The notes under the pieces: generated by a model | The model's database searches: none | The model's input: only the letters and a program-made list of their open reading frames with translations | What the model was told of the DNA's origin: nothing | In this document: piece by piece, positions 28,953 to 39,050 of the stretch | Position numbering within the stretch: position 1 is the first letter of the stretch | Layout: each line of letters starts with the position of its first letter | From: a virus | Lineage: Duplodnaviria; Caudoviricetes | Strand: one strand, 5' to 3' | IMG/VR virus record: IMGVR_UViG_3300020411_000002 | DNA length: 64,000 bases | Made by a program: the position numbers and the translations under genes

Positions 28953-29830
28953 GCTTTTACCAAAATTGCCTTACCTGCAACATCTTCTGAGAATAGAATA
29001 ACACTAGTATTGTTGCTAGTATTCTGTACGATAGAAGTTTTGACCGGGAACACCTGATCGTTTTCTTCATCGTAGATAGCATATAGAATGTTATCTGTTC
29101 CAAAATTGTGCTCTATAGTCCAAGTGTCAGAAGCTTCTGTCTGCTCATGGATAAAGCTAACTACACCAGAGCCTGTGTTTCCTCCGCTTCCGCCGTCTGA
29201 ACCATCACCAATATCTAAGTTATCTAGTCTATACTTGTTATTACCTGCAAGAGTTTCAACTGCTGATACTCTACGCATAAGACTCATTATAATGGTATAA
29301 AAACCTTGGGTCTGCTGATTAAGTCTAGACGTTAAATAAGATAAAGGTACGACTTCTGTTTGTTGGTAGTTTTCACCAGTTGCTAATGTTCGTGTAGCTA
29401 AGGGTCCTGTAAGAGTGCCGCCAGTTTTATCTAGCTTTGAACTAGTAAGCTCGTCGATGATACTTTCTAGCTCTGCGCTTCCATAAACAGGTTCGGGATT
29501 ATCTTCAGGTGCGTAATACTGTGAAGGTTCGAAGATTTCTGCATACGTGGTAAGTTCTTCCCAAGTGTGCTGTAATCCGCCTGATGAATTCTTAGATGTT
29601 CTTTTAAACGGAATTTTGTAGTCGTCACTTGCTGGATTTCCATCGATCCATGTTACATTAAGAGGTAATATTAGGTAGTGCGGTTCACTGTAGGAAACGA
29701 CAACAATCGTTTCAGTAGAACTAGCTGGCTCTGTTACTCTTAACTTTACAGGGTAGTCAGAAGCAAGGCCTCGCCCTGCTGCTATATCGATGCACTTGTC
29801 AACAAATTCTTGTAGTTGAAGGCCCATCAT
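28949..29830 (-). CDS. Structural fibre protein with C-terminal WTIEHN domain
   Basis: KLDKTGGTLTGPL knuckle, Gly-rich linker, TWTIEHNFG domain. Confidence 0.65.
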   Translation of the reverse strand: MMGLQLQEFVDKCIDIAAGRGLASDYPVKLRVTEPASSTETIVVVSYSEPHYLILPLNVTWIDGNPASDDYKIPFKRTSKNSSGGLQHTWEELTTYAEIFEPSQYYAPEDNPEPVYGSAELESIIDELTSSKLDKTGGTLTGPLATRTLATGENYQQTEVVPLSYLTSRLNQQTQGFYTIIMSLMRRVSAVETLAGNNKYRLDNLDIGDGSDGGSGGNTGSGVVSFIHEQTEASDTWTIEHNFGTDNILYAIYDEENDQVFPVKTSIVQNTSNNTSVILFSEDVAGKAILVKA

Positions 29831-29839
29831 TAAATCCTA

Positions 29840-30325
29840 TTATATATAAAGCTTTTCGCTGCTGTCTTGGCGACGGGTGTTTAGAGCTTTTGCAAGTTCT
29901 AGCAGTTTAACTTTGTCGTGGTCTAGGAAAATCCATTCATCAGTTGAGACATTCTTTGCCCACAACTTACAAACATGTTCTTTATCTAGAGCAACTATAC
30001 CTAAACACAAGGTTAAGTTGTCATAGAATGCAGAGTCTACGTTGTAAATATAGGAGTCGAACTCTAAAGGACTAAGTATCTCTAGTTTAGTTTGGTTCTT
30101 ACCTTGACGAACTGCTTGCTCTTTCTTAAAATTACCATTTGTTTCTTCTATTCGGATGAGTCTATCGTCCTTAACAAGATAGGCATTTGGATTTCTCTTA
30201 AACAGTTCGATGCTTCTTTGATCTACCTCTACAATAGGCTCTAAGCCCGCTGGTGGAGTAGTTGTATAAATTCCTTTTACATTCGTTCTGTGAGTTATAG
30301 ATTTATCATAGTATACAAACGGCAT
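29840..30325 (-). CDS. Putative tail-fibre assembly chaperone (Tfa/DUF4376-like)
   Basis: 161 aa directly after a fibre gene; IEFDSYIYNVD...W..DN-type C-terminal half. Confidence 0.5.
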   Translation of the reverse strand: MPFVYYDKSITHRTNVKGIYTTTPPAGLEPIVEVDQRSIELFKRNPNAYLVKDDRLIRIEETNGNFKKEQAVRQGKNQTKLEILSPLEFDSYIYNVDSAFYDNLTLCLGIVALDKEHVCKLWAKNVSTDEWIFLDHDKVKLLELAKALNTRRQDSSEKLYI

Positions 30326-30328
30326 AAA

Positions 30329-31171
30329 TTAATCTCCAAACGCAATCCAATTAAAGTCCCATAAATCTGATAGTGGTAAACTGAAAGTTCCTTTAACACC
30401 AATAGTAAAACCACCTATATCGTTATCGATATCAATGTAAGTACCAAACTCGTAGTTCTGACTTTGATACGAGTATGGATCATTGAAGAATACCATTAGA
30501 CCTGTAACACGGTTCTTGAATGGCTCAGAAAACAATACAGTTACTTCTTCTGTACCAGTATCGTTAATGAATCTACCCCACTGATGCATTGCACCACTAC
30601 GAATCATACGTACATAAGGAGAGCGACCTTGTGTAGTGTTTCCCTCACCGTCTACTTCAATAAACGAGTGTGAGCCTTCTTCATTACGTACACCTGCGAA
30701 GTATTCTGGCTCGTCACCATCAATACCACGTTCACCAGTAGGACCTGTAGCACCAGTTGGGCCTATAGGTCCAATCACACCCTGTATACCACGTTCACCA
30801 GTAGGACCTGTAGCTCCACGAGGACCTCTGTCCCCTTTCGGTCCAATACAGCCTTGCTCCCCTTTAGGTCCATCGCGTCCATTTCTACCAGAGATTCCAG
30901 GTTGCCCTTCTTTACCACGAGGTCCAATAGGCCCAGATGGTAAGTTAAGCTCTGTAGGAATTCCAGTAACACGCACTGTTCTATTATTGATAGTAATAGA
31001 CAATACGCCTGACTGCTTATCAAACTCAGCATCGAACTTTTCAATCATGCTAGAAGTTTGTTCAGCAGGGTTCTGTGTTTGTAAGCCTTGCTCTGTATTG
31101 TAAACAGTATCACCAGTTTCCGAACCCGGCGAAGGCGATATCATTTTAAGATTAACTTTAGTCAACGACAT
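30329..31171 (-). CDS. Collagen-like fibre protein with C-terminal QWG (gp53-like) domain
   Basis: MSLTKVNLKMI N-terminus, Gly-X-Y run, HQWGR...VLFSEPF...NWIAFGD. Confidence 0.8.
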   Translation of the reverse strand: MSLTKVNLKMISPSPGSETGDTVYNTEQGLQTQNPAEQTSSMIEKFDAEFDKQSGVLSITINNRTVRVTGIPTELNLPSGPIGPRGKEGQPGISGRNGRDGPKGEQGCIGPKGDRGPRGATGPTGERGIQGVIGPIGPTGATGPTGERGIDGDEPEYFAGVRNEEGSHSFIEVDGEGNTTQGRSPYVRMIRSGAMHQWGRFINDTGTEEVTVLFSEPFKNRVTGLMVFFNDPYSYQSQNYEFGTYIDIDNDIGGFTIGVKGTFSLPLSDLWDFNWIAFGD

Positions 31172-31173
31172 TT

Positions 31174-31422
31174 CTAGTCCTCAATATTCTCTGGCTCTAA
31201 CCAAAGAGGGTAATCTGGATCGTTTGCATCATGTACATCTGGGTCATGTTCAGGGTTTCTTATTCGAACATTTTCAGGACCCATAACAATCCATTTACTA
31301 TTATCTTCACTACGAACTTTCCAACCTCTGTCATGGAAGTTATCTGTGCTCCACGGGTTGTTTTCGTTATGTCTGTCTCTTACATACATGTGGATTTTCT
31401 TAGGAGACTCAGGCATACTCAT
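31174..31422 (-). CDS. Small adaptor-like protein with VRxxxNxxW repeats
   Basis: MYVRDRHNENNPW, WKVRSEDNSKW; similar to the N-terminus of 34431..38534. Confidence 0.65.
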   Translation of the reverse strand: MSMPESPKKIHMYVRDRHNENNPWSTDNFHDRGWKVRSEDNSKWIVMGPENVRIRNPEHDPDVHDANDPDYPLWLEPENIED

Positions 31423-31910
31423 AGTTTTATATCTACCATAAGAGGTCTGTCATCTATGTTTTCGATAGCAAACCATCCAGTAGAATTAAACTCTACAGTA
31501 TTAGGCTCGTGCCCTGCATAGATAACAGAGTTGTCTTCGTTTCGAATTGCGTAACCACGATTCTCTTTAAAGTCTAATGATACACGACCTGTAGAGAACA
31601 AGCCGATAGACTTGAACTTATCTATACTAGCTGTACCCGATTCTGTTTTAAACTCCATCAGTTGTGAAGAAATAAAATAAGGTACATCGCTTTTGACAGT
31701 AAGAACAAATCTATCGGCAGGCGTGATTTTGAAACAATACGATTCCGCTTTTAATACTAAATTAGAGTTTTGAAGAACAGACTCTACTTGTGTGCTAAAG
31801 CAAATATAAGCATAGCCTGTAAACTTCGGTTTCTCTAATACCATTTGCTTGTTCATTGGAGTAGGAGCAAGCTTTGTATTCCATTGTAAAACGTTATGCA
31901 TATTAATCAT
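31419..31910 (-). CDS. Hypothetical structural protein
   Basis: 163-aa beta-rich ORF overlapping both neighbours. Confidence 0.7.
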   Translation of the reverse strand: MINMHNVLQWNTKLAPTPMNKQMVLEKPKFTGYAYICFSTQVESVLQNSNLVLKAESYCFKITPADRFVLTVKSDVPYFISSQLMEFKTESGTASIDKFKSIGLFSTGRVSLDFKENRGYAIRNEDNSVIYAGHEPNTVEFNSTGWFAIENIDDRPLMVDIKL

Positions 31911-34428
31911 CCGGGCAGTTCAGTAGTGGCTTAGCTTTGTTTCTCGCTTCTGTTTCGTCTGCGGCTTGTATACTGATAGTATCATCAGGTGACTTAGCAC
32001 AATAAGCAGTATAAGTATTTAAAACAGCCTCAGCGATACGGTCGTTAAGAACACTATCTTCTCCCGTAGTATATTCACTGAACGTTTCAAAGCTAGCAGA
32101 CGATACAACGCTAGGTGCAGTAGTTAAGATACCATTGTACCCTGCTTCTGCTGTCGGTGCATTACCAGACTGCTGTGCCGATTCTCCTAGTATACGAACT
32201 ACTGTAACTTTCAAATCTTCAATGTGACTTGGAACAGTTCCGATAGTACTATTCCACGTTGAGCCTTCTTCGGCAGTTACTTCATCTACTTCAATTGTAG
32301 TAGTATTAGCTTCGCTTTCTTTCGGGTGGTTGTCGCTTGCAGAGCTGTATGTATAGAACATAGTTGTAGTAGGATATCCATCTGTGGCATCAGTTATGTA
32401 CAGAATACTTACTTTCTTTTGAGTGGTAGGCACGTTGTCTAAAACATATCTAACGTAAGAAGTAAACATGGATACGGATGCAAACTCACCACCTATAATT
32501 GCATTACTTGGTATTGAGAAGTCATTTAGTATCTGAATTATAGTATCGTCACGAGTTTGTTCAGGTGTCCCATTTAAAGTAATATCACTACCATTCGAAG
32601 TAGAGCCTGACATATCTCGGAAGATATATACTTGAAAGCTTTCGCCCTCACTAGCTAACTCAACTTCCGTAACATCAGGAGTATTATCGACTATTGTAGC
32701 AATGCCCTCCCTTTTGCCTATAGTTCCGATACTAGGATTAGAAATAATAAGCTTGAATGTTTCGTCATGCTCTGGAACGTCATCACACTTGATAACGATA
32801 TCCACCTGCTTAGATGTATCGCCTTCATCAAATGTTACTGTACCTGTTGCTGCCGTAAAGTCGCTACCAGAAGTAGCAGTTATTCCAGTTGTCGAATACT
32901 CTACGGTACGACTATCTCCTATGACTGCTTCACTCGAAGTAATGGTGAACGTAGCTGTAGTATCTGTATCAGAAGCACTACACTCGGCAACGTTGATATC
33001 ATTAACAGAGAATTCAGTTCCGTTATTTACAACTACGCAAGGCATTTCAAAGGTTAGTATTGCATCGTCTGAATCTTCTACGCCTGCTGTAGAGTAATCT
33101 AAATCAGATACTGTGACGTTAACTGTGTAAGGTATCAACTGTCTAGCATCTTCTTCCTTAATAGTGCGAGTAAGTTTGAATATGCCTATACGTCCACCTT
33201 GTTCAACACCTTTAAGTGTTAGTTCTCTGGAAGGACTAGACCATACATACTTATATCGTCTAAGTTGCCAGTCAGGTGGATCAACAAATCTAACTTCAAC
33301 TTTGACTTCTGAAACAAACGTATCGCCTACGTTCAAACATCTATCTTCACATGGAATAATCGGGTCTGGTTCTGGTGGCGGTGGCGGTGGTGGCTCAGGT
33401 GGTTCTGGCTCTGAATACTCTTCTACTGGAACTTTCTTGAAGATTTCTAACCATTGACCTCCTCTTGGGCGCACCGACCAGTACAAAGAAAAAGAACTTC
33501 CTACTACTTCCATCCAGTGATCAGTACCAACTTGATGTGCAAAGCCAGCTCCGTTAGATAACAAAGGCATAAGCTTTTCAGAAAGTATCATGTGACCTTG
33601 TTGGCAAAGCTCATTAGTTTTGTACGTATCAAGAGTAGAGAACATGTATTCACCATCTACAGGCATAGATGCTTTTGATACTGACATTGTGTTAAGAGGA
33701 CCTGAGCCCTTAGATACAGATTTAAACGTGTTATAAAAACCTTTGTCCAAATCGTAGTTCATAGGTCTTCTATAGATTCTATAGATTTTGTGGCTACTTA
33801 CTCTGAACTTAGTTTGTGTCGTTTCTGTAGTTCCAGAAAGATTTATCCAGTCATCCCATCCACTACGGCCCCAGTACTTTATCATTCTATTGCTAAAGTA
33901 CTTAGTTTGCGTATATGCACTTCCGAAGTTATAGAAGATTGTGCCGCTATAATATCTTTCTTGGCTAGACTGATTACATTCTACTACAAACAAATACTCA
34001 TAGTCTTTTTCAAAGTTAGTGATAGTAAGAGTCTTGCCTTGTGTTGTATACCAAAGCTCAAACTCGGCAGTATTATCGGCAGGGTCTAATAGAGAAGTAT
34101 CTGGAACTAAGTTTCTTTCACTTATTCTAACTATTCCACTACCGTCCTTACTTCTGACGAGTCTAAATCTCTTTGTTCCACTTGTAGTTATTTCAGCCGT
34201 AGCTAAGTGGTCAATACCTCCACTAGCTCTCCAACCAATAGTACCACTTGTAGGCTTTTGGAGATCCATATCAGGAGGTATATTTATAAATGTATGACCT
34301 ACTTCATCGTCTTTACTTAGTTCGCGTACTTGTATGCAGTACTCTTTATTCGGGGCCCACTCATAATTAAATGTTTGGACACCCGATGGGTTGTAAAATA
34401 TCTCAACCCACGGGTTCACTTGTGCCAT
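31903..34428 (-). CDS. Adhesin-like virion protein with Pro-rich linker, Calx-beta domain and vWA domain
   Basis: PEPPEPPPPPPPEPDP linker; Calx-beta (FSVNDINVAE...TATSGSDF...GTVTFDEG...DDVPEHDETF, about 32686-33015); MIDAS DMSGS at 32602-32616 plus YITD. Confidence 0.8.
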   Translation of the reverse strand: MAQVNPWVEIFYNPSGVQTFNYEWAPNKEYCIQVRELSKDDEVGHTFINIPPDMDLQKPTSGTIGWRASGGIDHLATAEITTSGTKRFRLVRSKDGSGIVRISERNLVPDTSLLDPADNTAEFELWYTTQGKTLTITNFEKDYEYLFVVECNQSSQERYYSGTIFYNFGSAYTQTKYFSNRMIKYWGRSGWDDWINLSGTTETTQTKFRVSSHKIYRIYRRPMNYDLDKGFYNTFKSVSKGSGPLNTMSVSKASMPVDGEYMFSTLDTYKTNELCQQGHMILSEKLMPLLSNGAGFAHQVGTDHWMEVVGSSFSLYWSVRPRGGQWLEIFKKVPVEEYSEPEPPEPPPPPPPEPDPIIPCEDRCLNVGDTFVSEVKVEVRFVDPPDWQLRRYKYVWSSPSRELTLKGVEQGGRIGIFKLTRTIKEEDARQLIPYTVNVTVSDLDYSTAGVEDSDDAILTFEMPCVVVNNGTEFSVNDINVAECSASDTDTTATFTITSSEAVIGDSRTVEYSTTGITATSGSDFTAATGTVTFDEGDTSKQVDIVIKCDDVPEHDETFKLIISNPSIGTIGKREGIATIVDNTPDVTEVELASEGESFQVYIFRDMSGSTSNGSDITLNGTPEQTRDDTIIQILNDFSIPSNAIIGGEFASVSMFTSYVRYVLDNVPTTQKKVSILYITDATDGYPTTTMFYTYSSASDNHPKESEANTTTIEVDEVTAEEGSTWNSTIGTVPSHIEDLKVTVVRILGESAQQSGNAPTAEAGYNGILTTAPSVVSSASFETFSEYTTGEDSVLNDRIAEAVLNTYTAYCAKSPDDTISIQAADETEARNKAKPLLNCPDD

Positions 34429-34430
34429 AC

Positions 34431-37400
34431 TTATACCTTTCGATTGACTGTATCTACGTTGTGTACTAGGAAAGGATTTCTACCAACGTAGTAAGAATCA
34501 CTTTCTTCAACGTCTATACAGACTACATCAATCGGATCATCTACGCGTGTTAAAGAACCTACAAGAACTTCTTCTTTGTCTCCATAACAAGAAAGAAGTA
34601 CATCGCCTACTTTCATATCCCTAACGTCCATCCACTGCCAAGTGTCATCGCGTTTAACAAAGATAAGGTGTTCTTGGGTTATTTCAACATCACCATTAAT
34701 AATCCAATATTCTCTAAACCAATCGTGTTTGATTGCTCGAATTGTACTAACTACAGGATAACGTCCGTTTATGTCTTTAGTAGTCCAGTCTTCCCAACCA
34801 TCTACGTTTTCATCAATCATATTAGGAATGAATTCACTAACGAGTCGGTCACCTACTTTAAGTCTTTCTGCGTTAATAGATTTTCCATCTTCTAGCACGA
34901 CCATCGTACCAAAAGATATACAACCACCACCGCCACCACCTGAATAAACTTGTGCTTTCTGCTGTAAGCTTACTTCAATAGGTGCAGACTTTTGTACGTT
35001 ACCCAAGTCGTCTTTAACAAATATCTCTACTGTTAAATTGGCAATTCCTGCTAAACTTGAATTAGAAACCGCACGTTCAAACTGAATACTCATGCACTGA
35101 TTATTAGCGCCGTAGTTTGAAACACTATTAGGTACATCGGCTGTTTCTTTAGATTCATCAAAAGCACAATACGGCTTTATCGATACGCGAGACCCTGGGA
35201 TTGAATTGTTAACTGTAACAACGTTCCACTTATAGGTGTAAGAACGCGCTGGGTCAAATTCAAATTCCGCTAATAGTCTGCTAGTCCAATTAGTGCCTGC
35301 TGCTTTGTCGTCAACTCCACTTGTAGCGCTGTCCGCAGTTTTAGACATAGTAAAGCAAGCTACCTTTCCATTGTCTTGTGCATACTGAGGAACACCGTCA
35401 CCTAAGTCACCGTCAGTGCCCCAATCCATATCCAACTTATTAGAGTTAATCTTGAAAGCTAGAATAGTTTCAGGGTGTGCGTACTTAGTTGCAGTAACTT
35501 TTGCAGTACCAGTACTTCTAAGAGTTCCAGTATATACAATGTTCATATCTCCTTGAACAGGGGCAGATGATTCTACAATAGTAGCAATGCCTTCATCTTG
35601 AATGATAGCACCAACGCTTGCATCGTAGATGATAACTTTAAACTGTTCATTCGGGTCACGTTCACTATCAGCAAAAGTATTAATGCTAATAGTACCACTG
35701 CCTGCACCTGCTGGAATAGTAAGACTTCCAGATTTAGATTGATAATCTGCATTTGATGTAGGAGTAGACGGGCTTCCATCTGAACCAGTATTAGCTAGCG
35801 TAAAGTTTGTCATACGCTTAACACCGCTCTGGTTTTCGAAAGAACTAGACCCAGACAAGTCTTCAAACAGATAGCTGTCACCTGCTTTGTCTTTTATTTG
35901 CTGAACAGAAACACTACGCGCACCAGACGGGCTAGATACGGTAGAGTCAGACGCTGGAATATCTACCAAGCTCTTAATGTTGAAAGAGTTGATAAGGTCT
36001 TTAGCGTGAGCGTTAGCAAATCTGTAGTAGTTGCCTGCGGTACTTATATCAAATGCTGCTGCACTGATCACTACCATAGGCTTAGAACCTTTAGCTGCTC
36101 TCGCTACTGCAACACCAAACGCTGTACCTTGTTCAAGATTAAACATCTTGTTCAAGAAGTGATTAGAAGTATCTACTCCTGCGTTTTCTTTAGCGTGGTG
36201 TCTCCATTCTCCAAACTGGTCAGATACAATAATGTCATAGTTACCTACTACGTTTTTAGGTGAACTATAAGTTGCATCTTGGTACGAGTAGCTACCTTGC
36301 TTGACAGTTCCATGTGCATCAAACTCATTGACTACGTGAACATCAACCTGAATACCGTAAATGTTTGCCAGTGACTTAGTGAAGAAGTCCATAACAGTAG
36401 ACATTTGGTAAACGATTTCATATTCACGCTCATTTACTCTTGGATCAGGGTCATAGGGTGTAGAGTAAGATTGAATACGCTGGTGGGTTACTACCAATAG
36501 CTTTTTACCAGATAAAGAACCAAGACGGTGCTTTAACATATTAACAATCATCTTTTGGTAATCGTTAAGTTCTTCGAATGTAGAAACGCTACGGTCAACA
36601 TCCCTATTTGCATCAGTTCCATTGTATGCAGTAACTGTCTCTAGATAGTTTTCAACATCGTAAAGTCTGTGTGGGTCTGCTTCTAACATTAACGTATAGC
36701 CGTCAGTATCGTTAGAGTAAACAACTGTAGAAACATGATTACTATCTCTGAATAACGGATATGGATTAACTTCACCTGCTGCAACGGCTTCGCTGCTAGC
36801 AGTCATATCTTCCGTTCTATAGTTCAAAGACAAGTCTTCATTGATTGGATAGTTAAGACCTACTGTAAATTTAGCTGTAGAGCCTTCCGCTACTGTAATA
36901 CTATTAATAGCTATTTGAACATCAGGACAATTTGGAACTTCCTGATCATCAATCTCTACATCTAAGAGAGGAATATAACAGCCAACCCAATAAGCCCAAC
37001 TACTGTCAATAGGGCAATCGATACGTACACTGATTTCTCGCAAGTCATCGTAGTCCGCACTTTCTTCTAGTCTAAACCACTGTAAGAAAGTTGTACCTCT
37101 GCTTCGTTTAGCAGTTACTAACTTTCCTTTCTTGTTGAATACGCTAGCTGTATACGTAAAGTCTCCATAACCAGTAACTTTAATTGAAGCTACGCCGTTA
37201 TCGAGGTCGTTCATTAAGTAGTGGTCTTCTGTACTGTGGTGTCCAGCACTGTTTATGCCTGACTCTGGTACTTCACAAGGCCAACGATTCTCTTTGTACC
37301 CGCGAGTATTTGGATCATAAAGCATGTACTCTTGCGAAAGCACATCTGACCCGTACTCCCGTTGACTTGCCATTACTTTAACTACGATATCAGGAACAGC

Positions 37401-38534
37401 GTTTGCAAATCTCCAAGGGTCAAACACAATAGACAAAAGCCCATCTGTGTCTTTATTTCCCATAGTTGAAGCAATACGTTCACCGCCATGATAGACTTCA
37501 ACCCAGTCTGCATTTTCCCAAGTCTCGTAGTTAAGATGAAGAACATAAGGGCCTGTAGCAGGGTCAACTAGTCCAACTGTGTGAACGTACTCTACCCAAT
37601 ATTGTCCATCTGTGATTCTGTTCTCAAATGGAGTTACACGGCTATGAGCAGGTGCTGGAAACAAGCTAGTACCAATATACTCAGTAGTACGAATTTGTGC
37701 TAAATGTCTATTGTTGCCCGGCTCAAAGTCTTGAAGCGTAAGAAACGATTTAGGACCTATAGCAGAATACATCCATCTGCATTTGTCTTCACCACGAACA
37801 CGAATCATTACTCTATCTTCACCAGAACCGATTGCAGGGTCTAGACCGAACTCTAGTTTTCCTCTACCAGTAACTCTGCCGCATGTGGAAGCAATTAAAG
37901 CACCAAGATAATATACGTCAATAGAGATACCTTGTTCGTGGTAGCAAGCGTAAAGAATTTCAAAGATACCACCTCTATCACCTAACTCATAAATAGTTTC
38001 AGTTATTGCACTACCATTAGAGAAAGTATGCGTAGACAGGTAACTAGGATTCTCGTAACTTCCTCTACCAAGAAAAGAGTTAGTGCCCGGATTAGTATAA
38101 GTTTCTTTTGTGTTTTCAATTCCGGGTCTGTTAATTACTTGACCTTCATAAGTACCATAAGCACGTTCTAGACCAAAGCCTGCTTGACCTGCATCTGGTA
38201 AGTCGTAACCTTCTGGATATCCACGTAGTATGTCAAATTCGTTTCCACCACTACCGCTACCATCACCAGAACCTGCTTCTGTAATAGGAATAGAGTTAGA
38301 ACAAGTAAGAGAAGTAAGCATAGCTAGGTTAGCACAAGGGTCATCTAGCACATCGTCAAAAGTACAGTCCACCTGCATCCAAGTGTTGTTTCCGCTATCT
38401 CTTACTTGCGTTTGGTCTGGATAGAAACGAATCCACGTACTATTAAAGCCGTCGCGAAAATAGAACTCGCTGCTGCATTGGTCGAGCCAACCGTTATCTT
38501 GTGCATTACGAACTGTTAGTCTTGTAGTTGTCAT
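34431..38534 (-). CDS. 1367-aa adhesin/receptor-binding protein with split Calx-beta and C-terminal Hint domain
   Basis: N-terminal R-x6-W repeats, three beta-sandwich repeats, interrupted Calx-beta, SGGGGGG-C Hint domain ending VHN-VDTVNRKV. Confidence 0.8.
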   Translation of the reverse strand: MTTTRLTVRNAQDNGWLDQCSSEFYFRDGFNSTWIRFYPDQTQVRDSGNNTWMQVDCTFDDVLDDPCANLAMLTSLTCSNSIPITEAGSGDGSGSGGNEFDILRGYPEGYDLPDAGQAGFGLERAYGTYEGQVINRPGIENTKETYTNPGTNSFLGRGSYENPSYLSTHTFSNGSAITETIYELGDRGGIFEILYACYHEQGISIDVYYLGALIASTCGRVTGRGKLEFGLDPAIGSGEDRVMIRVRGEDKCRWMYSAIGPKSFLTLQDFEPGNNRHLAQIRTTEYIGTSLFPAPAHSRVTPFENRITDGQYWVEYVHTVGLVDPATGPYVLHLNYETWENADWVEVYHGGERIASTMGNKDTDGLLSIVFDPWRFANAVPDIVVKVMASQREYGSDVLSQEYMLYDPNTRGYKENRWPCEVPESGINSAGHHSTEDHYLMNDLDNGVASIKVTGYGDFTYTASVFNKKGKLVTAKRSRGTTFLQWFRLEESADYDDLREISVRIDCPIDSSWAYWVGCYIPLLDVEIDDQEVPNCPDVQIAINSITVAEGSTAKFTVGLNYPINEDLSLNYRTEDMTASSEAVAAGEVNPYPLFRDSNHVSTVVYSNDTDGYTLMLEADPHRLYDVENYLETVTAYNGTDANRDVDRSVSTFEELNDYQKMIVNMLKHRLGSLSGKKLLVVTHQRIQSYSTPYDPDPRVNEREYEIVYQMSTVMDFFTKSLANIYGIQVDVHVVNEFDAHGTVKQGSYSYQDATYSSPKNVVGNYDIIVSDQFGEWRHHAKENAGVDTSNHFLNKMFNLEQGTAFGVAVARAAKGSKPMVVISAAAFDISTAGNYYRFANAHAKDLINSFNIKSLVDIPASDSTVSSPSGARSVSVQQIKDKAGDSYLFEDLSGSSSFENQSGVKRMTNFTLANTGSDGSPSTPTSNADYQSKSGSLTIPAGAGSGTISINTFADSERDPNEQFKVIIYDASVGAIIQDEGIATIVESSAPVQGDMNIVYTGTLRSTGTAKVTATKYAHPETILAFKINSNKLDMDWGTDGDLGDGVPQYAQDNGKVACFTMSKTADSATSGVDDKAAGTNWTSRLLAEFEFDPARSYTYKWNVVTVNNSIPGSRVSIKPYCAFDESKETADVPNSVSNYGANNQCMSIQFERAVSNSSLAGIANLTVEIFVKDDLGNVQKSAPIEVSLQQKAQVYSGGGGGGCISFGTMVVLEDGKSINAERLKVGDRLVSEFIPNMIDENVDGWEDWTTKDINGRYPVVSTIRAIKHDWFREYWIINGDVEITQEHLIFVKRDDTWQWMDVRDMKVGDVLLSCYGDKEEVLVGSLTRVDDPIDVVCIDVEESDSYYVGRNPFLVHNVDTVNRKV
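34458..34922 (-). other. Hint (intein-like) domain 1, 155 aa
   Basis: CISFGT...LKVGD, block B TQEH, DVEESDSYY, LVHN; +1 residue Val; no endonuclease. Confidence 0.9.
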
Positions 38535-38543
38535 AGCACTACC

Positions 38544-39038
38544 TTAGCGAGGTTTAATCCATAAAGCACCAGCACCAACAGGACCTGGGTCTTCTGTAGT
38601 TATATAGATACTTACTTTACCATCTAATCCATGTTCGCCTTGAGGTCCAGTAGCACCAATAGGTCCCTGCTCCCCTTGCTTTCCTTGCGCACCACGAACA
38701 CCACGTTCTCCAACTGGGCCACGAGGACCTCTACATCCACGTTCACCACGCAATCCATTTTCACCAAGAAGTCCATTAATACCAGCGTTACCAGAAACAC
38801 CTTGAGGCCCTTCTTTACCAGTACCAACATCACTTTGAGTCATAAAGTTATTGATACGTAGAACAGGATAGCCTGGGATGCTTAGCGTAAGAGTACCAGA
38901 CGTATTATCGTAGTAACCTTCTAACGTGTCTGCTACTTCATCATCTGTTACAATAGACAAACCTCTACCAGAAGATTCTACATTACCTACAGTAGAACCA
39001 CCACTAATCATGTTCAAGTTAGCTTTTGTAATAGCCAT
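38544..39038 (-). CDS. Short collagen-like fibre protein
   Basis: MAITKANLNMI, YYDNTSGTLTL domain, Gly-X-Y run, ends EDPGPVGAGALWIKPR. Confidence 0.8.
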   Translation of the reverse strand: MAITKANLNMISGGSTVGNVESSGRGLSIVTDDEVADTLEGYYDNTSGTLTLSIPGYPVLRINNFMTQSDVGTGKEGPQGVSGNAGINGLLGENGLRGERGCRGPRGPVGERGVRGAQGKQGEQGPIGATGPQGEHGLDGKVSIYITTEDPGPVGAGALWIKPR

Positions 39039-39050
39039 AATAAGTCTCTC

